DNA of 63,339 nt, filler included, from Reticulomyxa filosa (GCA_000512085.1; 15 parts of 15 records of this genome joined end to end with filler, not necessarily neighbours in it); one strand, 5' to 3'; positions 1-13,470 are shown, counted from the whole stretch's first letter. Numbers and translations: made by a program. The notes: generated by a model not told the origin, from the sequence alone.

Positions 1-69
1 TGTGTGTGTGTATATGTGAACGGTTAAAGGTTGTACGATGGTATTGCCATAACAAAACAAAAAAATAAA

Positions 70-783
70 CTAAAAGAATTGTTGAGCCGATTTGTAATAA
101 AATCTTTCACACGATAATGAATTGTCCAAAAAACAGTTGATGTCACACCCAAGGGCGCAAATGCGACAGACCCTTTTTCCATTGTATACGTCTTCCATGT
201 TTCCGAAGGAAAATCCGCAAAGAATACCTTTGTTTATGTGCACATTAGCATCCACACTTACATTTTCCCTGGATGTTCCAAACGCATAACCAAAACAAAA
301 AAAAAGTAAAATTTTTTTTTTTTTTACCTCAAAGTTCATGACAATTTCTGGAAATTGATCAATTATCTCAAAAGAGTCTTTGTAAAAATATTTGCTGGTC
401 ACATTGAAGCCGAACCATTCTTTCATCAAATAATACATTATCAAATCAGGTGGATTCCAGTCGCTCTGTTACAACATTTTTCGGCTGTTTGACACATTTT
501 TTTCCCTCCTTCATCTTATACCCTTCCTCCTCCTTCTCCCCCCTCTCCTCTCATCCTTGCATATTAATGACAAGGACGAACGAAAAGGAAAAGCTGGCTT
601 TTTTAAAAAAAACGCTACAATTGTCCGTACATTAATGATTGGAAGATTTCGGCCTATTTCTTGGGTTCGATTAGATAAGTTGTACTTTGTCTGAATTGAC
701 TCAATAAGATCTGGAGAGAAACATGGATATATTTTATAGTCAAGATTGCTGATTTCTGGCGCTGATGACGCAGTGTTTAAAAA
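70..783 (-). CDS. 5' exons of a secreted/membrane protein, possibly with a glycine-betaine-binding (ProX/OpuAC)-like domain; runs off the window start
   Basis: Signal-peptide-like MLTQILLLLYFLNTASSA. After an intron the frame reads SDWNPPDLIMYYLMKEWFGFNV...PEIVMNFE, loosely like the DW...ILEE.LGY.V segment of ProX-type domains. The family call is weak. Confidence 0.4.
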
Positions 784-1747
784 ATACAATAATAACAGTA
801 TCTGTGTTAACATGGTTAAAAGACCAAAGAGGATGTTTTGTTTTTTGACATCTAAAATTATTCACCATTTGAAGACAACAAGAGCGATATGTAACAAATC
901 TATTGTACGTATGATATTTTTTGCTGGATATCTACGTTTGTCTTTGTTTTTGATTCAAAAATTTAATAATTATTAAAAGCATTTTTATATTGAAGAAAAC
1001 CATAAAGAGATATTCAAAGCATAGTTATGTAGGAGAAGCTCCTACTATATAGAGAATCGTTAAAGGGGCTGACGAGCTCCAGGTGGGTTAAACTTTTCCT
1101 AACACTTTCACACACTAGTTTTTCTTTTCTGTTTTTAATCTGGTGTTTCGGTTTGCACATTTCCACACATTTGTTTTCATTTGTAAGTGTTTGTCTTTTA
1201 GTTTACGTTTTTTGCTTGTGTGATGATATTGTTAGGTTGAAATAATGATAATTGTAAGACCGTTACCTGATACAAATATCATAATAAACTTTCAAAAATC
1301 TTTTTTCTTTTCAACAAATTTTGGTTTTGTGTTGTGATAAATAGGTGGTGATGTGCAATTGAAAATTTGAAAGTCGCGAAATTTCGCGACTTCGAAAAAG
1401 AGGAAAAATTGTGTTGTGTGTTTTTGCAAATTGCGCTTTATGTTTTTAGCAGTTTGTTGCTTTTTTGTTTTTTAGTTAATAAATATGATATCGATGATTG
1501 TGTTTCTTTTTTTTTTTCACAAGTTGGAAGGGACTGAATCTTTAGTCTCTTAAAATTTGCTATTTTTGTTTTCTTTTGTATTTGGAGAATATTTACTTTC
1601 GTAATACACTAAACAATCCTTACAATAACTAAAATTAAATCTTTTTTCAATGTTTATTTTAAGGCAGGCTGTTCCATCAGAATGTTATTTTTACAACTAA
1701 ATTTGATGATTAATTGTTTTTTCAAAATTATCATTTAGCAATGCATT

Positions 1748-3920
1748 TTACTTAGATGAGAACCACATTGGCAGATCAAACAACGTTGTATAAATATGTA
1801 CCAATTTAAAAAAGAGTTGCGGCAAGAAATGTAATTCATGACTTTTAAAAATGGTGAGATCAAATATCTGGCGAAGCAGGACATAAATGCTTATCACATC
1901 AACAAGCGGAAAAATCATCACCAAACGGAAAAAAGAAAGAGACAAAAAACTACAAGGATAGACCAAAAGAAAAAAACAAAACGAACAACAAAACATACAA
2001 CAGACAACATTATTCACAATTGAAGGTACCAGGTTTCTGCAACTTCTGTGACAGAAACAATAAACCCAATAGTAATTAAACATATAATTCTGACATAAAA
2101 AGTATGAGTTTGTGTAGGAATGATTCCAGCGCCATAGTTTTCAATTTGCGTATAGGTCCAAGTGTGATAAAAACGGATAAACGCACAAAGGAAAATCAAG
2201 AAAAGACCCCAAAACCAAGAGCCAATCGTCGAAATCATTTTTTTTACTGACGCTTCATCATGGAGCCTGAGTGATGGTGATGGCTGTGGTATTCCGTGCA
2301 AAGTTGTGTCATAAAGAGACGCTAGGCCTGCTTTTATTCCAATGGCCAGCCACGCCAATAATTCTCCACGAAATGCCGATACTTGTGACTATGTATCAAT
2401 CACATCATCAATGATGATGACAATAAAAGGAAACAACACTTTTAGAACGACAAGCATGCCTTAATAGAAAATAAATAAATAAATATACATATATAAATAT
2501 ATGAAAATATTGCAATCCCAACTTCTCGAATTTTCGAATGTTTGGTAATGTAGTCAAGACACAACAGTACGAATTGATAAACAGCAAAACCGGCATATAT
2601 TGGCCATGAAAAAATTAAATCCACATCATTTCTACGATACAATGCATATAAACAAGGATACGTTGCAATTAAAGATAACTGAGTGACGATCATTTGGTGT
2701 GTCTTTATATCCAGCCGATCTCCATCTTCAAAATAAAAATGATCCGACAATTGATTTACCACGTGGGTGCCCAAAAAAATGACTAGCAAGCCACGAACGC
2801 CAATTAGGACCACAATAATATACACAAACATGATCCACGCGTGCCGAAGCTTCACAGCCGCCACAACGACTTGAATAAATGTTTGAACAATCCAAAACAA
2901 AGATACACCAAGTGCTCGAGACAAAGCATAGACCAAATAGCCTCTCTTGCTTTCCTCTTTTGCAACTTGTCGAATGAACCACATGCGGCCGACGGACTCG
3001 CTAATTACAATCATTATCCAAAGGAAGCCCCAAGGCATTACAATCAATATTACATCTGTTTCCTCAATACTTGGTATGTGTGACAAGATGATGTATAGAG
3101 CAGCAAATCCTGCAGAAATGCCTGTCATGAATATTATATACAGAGAATAGTACGTATATACTTTTCCACTTGCAATAATAATTGTTAGAAACACTTTAAT
3201 TTTTTTTTTAAAAAAAAAAAAAAAACATACACACAAATAGTATACGTACCAATGGAAAGCCAAAATAAGCGTGTAGTGATTCGATACCCAATCATAGTGG
3301 ACTGAAAGGTCAAGTACAACAAGACGCCAAAGGTATACCACATGAAAACTTGAATGTTGTCGTGTACACGGCCCTTCCAAATGGTTTGAATGACATGTAA
3401 CGGGACGAGCATTAGACATGCTGGCCAAGACATACGCCACACTTCGCTGATATAACAATTGTATACTCTCTCCCAAACCTCGTTCACGGACAATTGAACG
3501 GTGGCGTGAGGAGACTTGATCGACGTGAAGAGATCGTCCATTTCCAAACCCAGCTCGGACAGCGGCTTGTCAATGGTCAAGTGAAGGTCCTCGTTATTGG
3601 AAGAATGCGCTGTTGTTCTGTTTTTGGTGATGTTGGACGAGTACATTGTATCATTTTCATTAAGACTGCTGTTTGTATGTTTCGCCTTGGCAAAGTCGGG
3701 CACGAGTACTTTTGGCAATTCCGATTGCACATTATTGCCACTCGAGTGTTGATACAAGTGTGGGCTGGCAATATCGTTTTCATTTTCATCATCTTCCAAT
3801 ATGTTATCTTGATCTCCGGGATTGGTTCGAATTGTTTTGACGTCATAATCGATTGAGTCTGACAATAATGTCGTATATACGTATGTACATACATATATAA
3901 ATATATACATATATATATAG

Positions 3921-3965
<45 letters not shown>

Positions 3966-4700
3966 GTAAATGTTATATTTGATTCAATCCCCCTTCCCTT
4001 ACCCCAAAGTTTGACATAGAAAATATTTACCAACGCCATCGCTGTACGAAGTCCTGGAAGGATCAGTGTGTCTCGTCCAAGCGTTGTTTTTCTCATAATC
4101 GAGTTCATTTTTTGCCGTAGTGGTAGTTGGAGCGGTAGTGGTGCCAATCGCAACAGCGCCAGTGGTAGGAACAGTTGCATTTTCTGGCACTGCTGGGATG
4201 CCATCTTCATCTTCGCCATCTTCAATGGTTGGGGGTTGCAACTCGTCGTCAGACATTTTCATTGGCCCCTTTTCTCCGTCTATGTTGTTGGTCTGTGGTT
4301 GTCATTTACAAGTGTGTCACGAATATGACTGCACTAATAGACTAAACGGGTCATAACAAAAAAAAAAAAAAAAAAAACAAAACTTGGAATCTCAAGAAAT
4401 GCGCTTGTTCTAAAATATCTTTTGTTGTGGGCACAGCAGTGCGGTGATTGTAAACGGAGGAGCTAAACACACTCGTGAAATCGGCGAGCGAGATTCTATC
4501 CTTGCCTTTGGAAATGCTCGTAAATAAGCTTTTCAAGCCCCCGTACACTCGGATGTGATATCTTTCATAAGCCGCCTCAAATTCGTGGAACATAATAAAT
4601 CCAGACTGTTTGGTGTCGATTTCATAAAACGCTTTGGATATCGCGTCCATGTTCCGTGTGGCACGCGTGGTGACTGTGCCGCCTTCTTTGTCTCTCCCCT
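1748..4700 (-). CDS. Multi-exon EF-hand protein with a multi-pass transmembrane C-terminal region (5' partial)
   Basis: EF-hand loop AFYEIDTKQSGFIMFHEF plus a degenerate second loop (4351-4650), an acidic linker, then many hydrophobic segments in ORFs 3185-4225, 2442-3476, 2014-2358 and 1748-2083, separated by TA-repeat or poly-T introns. Confidence 0.65.
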
Positions 4701-4776
4701 AAACATAACAAGTTTTATATGTACATACATATTATGTGTATATATGTGTATATATGTGTATATATGTGTATATATG

Positions 4777-4876
4777 NNNNNNNNNNNNNNNNNNNNNNNN
4801 NNNNNNNNNNNNNNNNNNNNTTAATTAATTAANNNNNNNNNNNNNNNNNNNNNNNNNNNNNNNNNNNNNNNNNNNN
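4777..4876. other. Artificial contig spacer. Identical spacers at 9649-9748, 13212-13311, 28390-28489, 29661-29760, 31125-31224, 32670-32769, 37717-37816, 45743-45842, 51152-51251, 53343-53442, 58244-58343, 59615-59714 and 62083-62182
   Basis: Identical 100-nt N blocks with a central TTAATTAATTAA, which gives stops in all six frames. Genes are truncated on either side. Confidence 0.98.
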
Positions 4877-5387
4877 AAACTTTGCAAAGACGAAAACCAG
4901 TATAATGCATTGATAATGATAAGAATTCTACATTAACAAGTTTTCTTTTCATAAAGTGCTTAAATGTTTTTTGCTACCAACTTCTTGAGAAAGAAAAAAT
5001 TGCTTAACATAAAGAAAATGACTTTCAGCACATTTGTATATTATTTGAAAGTGAATTTAGATTGGTATCAATAAATCAGTCTATGATTAATATAACTGCA
5101 AGTTTGTTTATTTTTATGAATTCATCTCCAGAACTTGACGCAATTATATCATTTCGAGAAACATACATCCGAAGAAAGCAAAGTAACTTTCCATCATCGT
5201 TGTAAACATAAATACTGACAATTCGAAAATCCACACGCAAAATTGTGTAAGGCTTGGCTTTCATGACAACTCCACGAAAACATTAGTTTTCTCTTGAAAA
5301 GAAGACCGAGACCAGAAAAACGCAAAGGTGTTACATAACGAAAATCACAAGCAAAAAAAAGTCAATAGCTTTAGCAGCTTTTACAAA

Positions 5388-8300
5388 ATGTATCAAGCAG
5401 ATCATTCAATCATCTTCAAAGGTATATGATTCAGTTTGCACAAATACTTAGCAAAAAAAAAAATGTGCAAATGAATAGAGCAAACTTGGAAACGGTTAAA
5501 ATATTTGGTATGGTCTCATCAAAACGAGAACAAGTTTGACGAATGTTTCAGACAGATTGAAGAATTGGCCAGCGCAGGACATGGATTCAGGAAGAAGTTG
5601 CTTAGTAATATTCGGCCTAAGGCAACATGCAGAAAAATGCTAGACGATTTGCTGTTTTTTGAGTGTGCGACATGTTCGTAGACGGATGCATATGTACGGA
5701 GTGTTACAAGAATTCCAATCATATTGGACACGATGTATCATTTGGTGTTTCCAATGGTGGTTGTTCCTTCGCAAGTGTTGCAGCCACTCGAACGTCGGGA
5801 TAAAATATTACTTGTTTATCCAAATGCAACTTCTACTTTGCGTCAATGTATTACACTCATTTATTTATTTTCTATTTATTTTATTTTTTACAATTTTTTT
5901 TTTTGAAAATTTAAAAAAAAATTGAAAAGTGAGTAGCAATGCTAAAACGTCCTTGAAATGTAACAACGAAGAAAGCAAAATCATCGCATGGAGACTACAA
6001 ATGTTGGGAAAGTATCCTGTTGATGTATCTTCCATCTATTTTATCCAACAAATACAATCAGTTGATAGTGGCTTTGAAAAAAAATGGAGTGTGAGAAAGA
6101 ATAGAGTACATATAAACTAGGATCCCTTTTGTAACATACACATACAAAACAAATAAACAAAGACATGGGAGACGAGGACTCAGGTGATAGATATGGATGC
6201 CAAAGGATACGTCCGTGTGCTGTCGACAGAGTTTGTGAACGCGCTGTTACAGCGCATTAGTTCGTGGATGGACAGTGAGATACTGCAACGGATAGTCGCA
6301 CAATGTATGCTGCAAGACGTCAACAAGTTGGGACATTGGGACGACGCTTTTTATGAAACAAGGTCTTTGAAGGTGGAGCTTTCAGGATGGATTGACGACG
6401 GAGAAAACTGGACGGAGGAGCCTACTCATCACTCCTTGTCTGAGTATGTGTCAACCGACTATCACAATCGATATAAGGCAAAGGGATTTATCCATGAGAC
6501 AAACACTCCTATTTGGTATTTTATTATGGCTGAGTTAAGAAAGGGGGGGGGGGAGGGAGGAAGGGGAAGGAGGAAGAAAAAAAAAATTTATCTCATTATT
6601 TATGTATGTATATGTGCATATATAAGGGGGTCTCAAGCAACAAAAAATCGTCTGTGGCTTGAGATATTGGGTATGCCTGCATTGAAATATCGGATTTGCC
6701 AAGTGTTAACATTTGTATACCAAAAGCTCGCCTCGGACACACGTACGTCCAAACACGAAAACTTCTCAGAGCATTTGGTGCAGATGTTGATGAATAAGAA
6801 GCTTCCAAGTGACGTGTGTCGAACACACAACTTATTGGAAATCGTCTTGAACAGCTTAATGCACTTTTTATGCGGGAGCGTGCCCCCTGACCTGGGTCGC
6901 AAAGCGGGCAATCGCAATGCCTTTGACTTCCCAAGTAACGAAGCGGCCTCACGACATAGTTGCAAAGCGAATGTCGCAAGCGTCGTCCAATACAATGTCG
7001 CGACTTTGCAAGAGATCACAGACATCTCGTACATGCTGAAGCATGCAGATGTAGTGCAACTGATGTTTTCGCAACGTCCGGACTTGGTGCACAAATGGTG
7101 TCAAGTGTTGTGCTTGCTTCAAAATGTCAATGCAACCCATCGCGAGGTGGGACATTATGTTACCAATGGAGAAGATCTTTGGGACTCGATACTTGCCACA
7201 ACTTCTATCATCTTCATCAACCAGCGCATTGTCAATCATTTATATTGCATCCTGCATAATGACGACAATGACGACGACAATGACAATGTAAATTTATCCA
7301 CCAAACTCAAGTCACGCGTGTCTACTGTGCTCGCACATGCCATTTGGAAAGCGTTAGACATGATCGAATGGAAATCATGGACGTCCATCTTTTCACACTC
7401 AGTCATGATCCCATTTCTAACATCAACACCAACACCAACACCGATATTGTTATCGACTCGACATGACATTGTCGATGTCTACGGAGAGGATCTTTATGCA
7501 AGTGATCATGACGACATTGATGGCGGCGGTTCGCTCATGAAAACGACGGCGAATATACGCGACACCTTTCCAATGGAGATTAAGGAAGAGAATATCGACA
7601 CGGAGCGAAAAAACGAAGAAAATGAAAAAAAAAGTGAACATGCAAATGAAAGTATTGGCATGATGCTATCGCAAACAACGCCCATGGTTGTGTTGCAGAC
7701 CTTTGAAGAAGAATCGCTTATCACTACATTCCATCGTGTCGACAGAGATTGGTTATCCTTGTCTTTGCCTTTATCCCGATTCATTGTTGATTTAATTGCT
7801 GTCTATTGTCAAAGTATTATATATGTATATATTGTCTTTGTTTAGTCCATATATTCAATTATCTTTGTTTGCAAAATCTAACAGCTTCGACAAAAGCTTT
7901 GCGGGGTTAGTGGAACATATGATACGCTTGGCGAGTGACAAAGACAGCAACGTCGATGAAATGCGCGTGGAAATGTTCGCAGACCAGTTTCTCAAAATCT
8001 CCTCGTTTTTGTCGCAAATGCATTGCGGTTTGTGGGAACACAATCATCAAGCCGTCTTGGGTGCATTTCAGAACTACAACCACGAACAGTACTACGTGCA
8101 CTTCAAAAGACATGATATCGGTGGATTGCATCAAGCTTTGCAATGGCTCGGTCCTTCTCGTTTTATTACCAAGCTGTTGTATTTCTATCAATTGCATGAT
8201 TGGTAATTATTTCACATTATATATATACATATATATATATTATATATATTGTATATATGTATATATATGCATATACATACACTATATAATGTATATATAA

Positions 8301-9611
8301 ACAACGTATATCCAAGGTTCGTAACAGATGCAATAGTAGCGGTACAGTCGACCGATATGACGGAAAAAGATCTGCTGAGCAGATTCGAGTCGGGGTGGAT
8401 CCATTGGTGTAACAATCGTCAGACCTTGCAAATGGTGGAGAACTTGCTTGTGAAATTGATCCAGCTCAGCAGTGAGCCGCAATATTGTGTATACCATACG
8501 AAGACGTCTCCTCGCGAGCAAAGATATTTGGAATACCAACTCATCCATTGGCTGGCCCTTCGAAACACCGTATACAGCGAGCTGCAAAGAAAAGTGCGGC
8601 TTGCAAACGAAAAGCTCGATCTCACGGCGATATTGCAACGCATTGCCGACTATGAAGAGCCACAAGCCACCGAAAGTGGCAAGTTTCGACTCAAGGATGA
8701 GTACTATGCATATGTCAACCCCTATTTTCATAGATACACTCTCGTTGAAACCCGACAAGTGTTAGCATTGCTTGATACAAAACTGAAGCACGAAACTGTT
8801 CAAGGTTTGTTTTGCAACACAATTAACAAACAAATAATAATTTTTTTTAAAATAAATAAATAAATAAACAAATAAATAAATAATAATAATTTTTTTCTAT
8901 TGAATCTTGAGTTTAGATAAAAAGAAAGAGCACAAACACTTGCCGTGCACCTTACAATGGCCGACCGTGGCATACAGTGACAATGAAGGACTGGAATTGC
9001 TTGGCACGGCGTGGATGGGAATTCTGTGGACTTGCTTGTTACACCATGTATTGGTGAATGATACCAAGCGATTTACGCAAAACACTTTCACGTATTGTTT
9101 ACGACTAATCACATTGGCCGTTGATGTAAGTTCAATTCAATGTTGCTTTTCTGTTTGCTGTGTGATATTTACATATATGTACAATATATACATATATATA
9201 TACATATACATATATGTATACGTATACGTATTATAAAAGACGCTATGCTGTGGGAAAATTAAACGAGAAGACAAGTTATTTGGACGGATAGTAAAAAATT
9301 TAACAACTCGTTTTGATTTTCGCCTGACAAATGGATTTGATAATTGCCAACAAGCGGAAGTAATCAAGCAAAGAGAGATTAGACGTCTAAAGCAAAGATT
9401 GTCGGATGAACATCTCCACATTCAAAGTGAAGAGCGTTTGAATGCTCTCTTGAATCCGGATCCATCGATACAAAACAATCCTGAAATCTATCAAATATTG
9501 GAGGGGCTGGGTCTGCTCAACATCCATCATCTTGAGCGTCTTAACACACTCGAAGAAGAAGAAGAAGAACAACACTGTTTTGTGTTTCATCGATTTTGTT
9601 GTCAATTGTAA
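5388..9611 (+). CDS. UBR1/N-recognin-like E3 ubiquitin ligase, multi-exon, with a disrupted UBR box; 3' partial; possible recent pseudogene
   Basis: Exon 1 ATG at 5388, then a phase-1 intron. UBR-box remnant CRKM...ECATCS / GCICTECYKNSNHIGHDV is broken at ~5679. Winged-helix-like EYQLIHWLA...ILQRIADYEEP...GKFRLKDEYY...NPYF (8530-8740) is typical of UBR1/2. Confidence 0.7.
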
Positions 9612-9748
9612 GGTTTACGTCTAATATATAACACACAACGATATATACNNNNNNNNNNNNNNNNNNNNNNNNNNNNNNNNNNNNNNNNNNNNTTAATTAA
9701 TTAANNNNNNNNNNNNNNNNNNNNNNNNNNNNNNNNNNNNNNNNNNNN

Positions 9749-12700
9749 AACGACAGTATGGCCTTGAATAATCTTTTTCTAATCTTCTTCCCTTCGTATT
9801 TGATAATGATCTGGGCTTGAGTATCGCAAATAACACCGAAAGATGGTCCCATGTGAGATGGCTTACTTGACAGCATATGTGATTATTTTTTGTAACGCGC
9901 ATCCTCTTTTTCTTTGTCTTCCATTTCTTCGGTCCATCCAGTCGTAATGTCGATATATCGTTTTTTTTTTGTTTTTTTTTTTGCGCAACGTCTTTCTTTC
10001 TGGATCTGATGCTGCCCGACTACGAAAGTAAGCTTATCAAAAAGAAATATTATCCGCAATTGAACTGGACAATTTTTTTGAAACTATTCCAGTGCCATCA
10101 TATGACGGATATTTTCTAAATATGACTTTCATCCACTCTCGTCGCCCTTATGATGAAGGACACACATTAACATTGGATAATGGCCGTTCTTAGAAGTTTT
10201 TTTGCATCAATCATCACGCATTCATTCGAGGATATTTGCATGAGCGCTTCAATGATTGAGTGATGGTACAATGCGTATTTCTTTCTTCATTATTTGACTT
10301 CGCCCTTGCATGCTGCACCGTAACCACCACTTTCCAATATTCGATTAGCATGTATAGTATTCTTTGAGGCCTATGTTATGTACGTGTATATCCATTATAT
10401 ATATGTTTTAAGTTTTTTTCAATCACATTATAAAAAAATATTAAACTTGGAATCAGGTTGCGCAGCTCACTCTTTCAATCAATCATGAGTTTATTACACT
10501 GATATGAACCTTTACTTTTTGTTTTTCAAATTATACGTTAGAATAACACCATGATCCATAATTGATGCAGGCCGTTGCTATTACTGTTACCATTATTGCC
10601 AAGTTCACTTCAGCGCCAATAACAGCAACAACTGCCATTTCCATTTCCACACCTTCAAAAATCTATTCAAAGAGTTCAAGCAACCATCTACATGGCGTTA
10701 TCACATCCATCCAGCAGCCTCCCTTGAGGGGCGCACTATGTGAAATAGTCCACGTTAAGAACCCGCAAAGTCGCTACTTGTGGGCATGAAGAACCATAAC
10801 CAAAGTACATTGACAGACGACTTTTTTTTTCTTTTTTTTAAAAAAACAAATCCAACAATGGTATGGCCTTGAATACTCTTCTTCCACATTATCTTCTTAT
10901 TTGCTAATGGTCTTGGCTTGAGTATCACAAAGTTCATTCACCAAATTGGAGCAACAATAACATCGGGTGAATGGTTTCATGTGAGATGGCTTACTCGACC
11001 CCATATATACTTGTTTTCTACAACGCGCATCATCTTTTTCTTTGTCTTCCATTTTTCAATTTCTTCGATCAATCCAGTCTTGATATCGTATCGTTTTTTT
11101 TTGTTTTTTTTTTTTTGCACAACGTCTTTCTTTCTGGATCTTGATGCTGCCAGACACGAAGCCCACCAAAAAGAAATATTATCCGCGATTGAACTAGGAC
11201 AATTTTTTTCAACTATTTCAATGCCATCTTATGATAGACAATTTCTAAATACGACATTCATCCACTCAGTCGTTCTTGTAATAATGGGCACGTTGCATGA
11301 TGGTCGCGATTAAAAATTTTCGTATCTGTCACTATGCGCTAATTGGAAAATATTTAGATTGACGATTCAATGATGGAGGATACCATTCGCATCTTCTTTT
11401 TCATTATTGGATTATTCGTTCTTGAGTACGCCAAAAAGTCACTACGCGATTCACAATTTAAAACCAAGTCGATTCGAATCCCAACTAAACTTGACGATAT
11501 GCACATTATTATTCTCCAAGTACTGTGACAACGCAACGAATACAAAGTATTGCATCGCATCCAACACGCCGTCTGTGGTTCACAGCGGATCTGGAGACCA
11601 TTACTGCAAGAGTAGAGTACCTTGTGTCTGTCGAATAAGTGCTGATGATCTTTGCCGAACTAAGCCAGAAAATACAAACAACTTTCTCTCTATCTTTTCA
11701 CCATCACTAATACTTATGTCACTCACGATCTCAACATTTCTGCCATCAGCAGCACACGGATGACTAAAAGGCAATGTTGCGAATGTGCGTACGATCATGA
11801 CCAGTCTCGACACGAGTAGATAGCGCTGTTCTTATAACAATCGAGTTTCACTTGCTCGCTGGAACATGTTAATCGCAGCTTGGCGCCTTCTTTGCGGATA
11901 ATTGTTGGATTGACGCAGCGCCAGAGACTTGTGTGCACATTTGATGGTCAAGTTCGTTCTAATTGTTTGCGTTATCACTGCAAAGCATTTCCACGCACTT
12001 ATTCATTGTCTTTGATTGGCGCATTCCATGTGAAAGTAGTACAGGTCTGGAAACACGAGGTCTCCACTTGCAGGCATGAAGATGCAGTACATAACCACTT
12101 AGCATATCTGTGGACGGGTTCGTTTTGTTTTTTTTTTTAATAGATCCAACACGAGATTACCTTTTTTTTCTTCGTTCTCATCTCACATTTCTATGCTTGC
12201 TTGCTATTGTTACGAAGTTTCGCACAACGTTTCTACCAAGTTGAACCACTATCTATGGAATGTTCTTCCAATAAGTGGTTTTCTCGGTTGCCGTAAATAA
12301 GATTTTTGACAAATTCCACGATCTTTTGTTCATCGACTCCAACTCCTTCTCTGCAGCCGTTGCGACACCACAATGTAAGTATTTTTTTTACTTTGCGCGT
12401 ATCGCAGCATCTTTCTTTTTTTTCTTCTTGGCGAACTTTCTTTCGTCGTCTGGCTGTACCAAGATCCAACTTTCCGGGCTTGGATCTTGTCCAACTGTTC
12501 CACTGGAGCGGATGAAGTTAGCATTTGAAAAAAATTGTGTCTCTTGTGATGAGACACACATTGAGCGGGCATTTTCAGTACGGCCAAAGTTTGGATTGGT
12601 ACTTTAATAATGGAATATCATTTTTTTTTTCCATTCTTGGGCGTATTTGCTACGAACATTTCTTCCATCAGCTCATACAAGGTTCAAAATCAAAGTTGCG

Positions 12701-13211
12701 AATATGCGTACGCATACGATCAGTTTCGGCACGAGTTCCAATTTTGCGTTTCGATTGTTGTTATAGTTGCTAAAGTTAGAGCTTTTTTCATAACGGCAGA
12801 GTTTCATTTGTTCATTGCGCCTATAGCCCAAAGTTCGAAGCTATCTTTGGCTTTGCCACGCCGACAATTATCCGCATAGACTTGCTTTCGCCTACGTTGA
12901 TCGTAAACAAGTTCTTTCCAATTATTCTGGTTACCACACTCATTGATCGATTGACGCGCTATGAGAACGCATTGCATGTCTGAAAACACTAAGTCTCCAC
13001 TTGCGAGCGTAAAGAGCCAGTATATAATCGCACTAAGAAAATATGAGTTTTTTTTGACAACCCAAACGTGATATGATTTCGATATTCTCATTCCTCTTTT
13101 CATCCTTATCTTCCTTACATTTCTCTTCTTGCTTGCTGATATCTTGACGGAGTTTCGCAAAACTCCTCCACTCTCACACGAAACGTTCTCCTAATGCAGC
13201 GATTTTCTCAA
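9749..13211 (-). pseudogene. Decayed multicopy gene-family remnants with internal duplications
   Basis: No long ORF. 9755-10200 resembles 10858-11320, and 12056-12230 resembles 12990-13165. Minus-strand translations look protein-like but contain stops. Confidence 0.5.
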
Positions 13212-13311
13212 NNNNNNNNNNNNNNNNNNNNNNNNNNNNNNNNNNNNNNNNNNNNTTAATTAATTAANNNNNNNNNNNNNNNNNNNNNNNNNNNNNNNNN
13301 NNNNNNNNNNN

Positions 13312-13369
13312 TTGTTGTTGATATTGGTGTTGATATTGTTGTTGGTATTGTTGCTGTTGTTGTTGTTGC

Positions 13370-13415
<46 letters not shown>

Positions 13416-13470
13416 GATATTGATGATATTGGTGTTGATGTTGATATTGCTGCTGCTGTTGCTGCTGTTG
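13312..13470. repeat. (TTG)n/(CAA)n trinucleotide repeat encoding poly-Gln
   Basis: Long imperfect ttg/ctg run. Confidence 0.9.

Noticed and set aside
3880-3965. YIYIYI-type peptide stretches in many ORFs
   Set aside because: They are translations of (TA)n intron microsatellites, not coding sequence.
4777-4876. Recurring TTAATTAATTAA motif as a biological repeat or CRISPR-like array
   Set aside because: It is always centred in identical N blocks, so it is an artificial linker. Gene neighbourhoods across spacers are meaningless.
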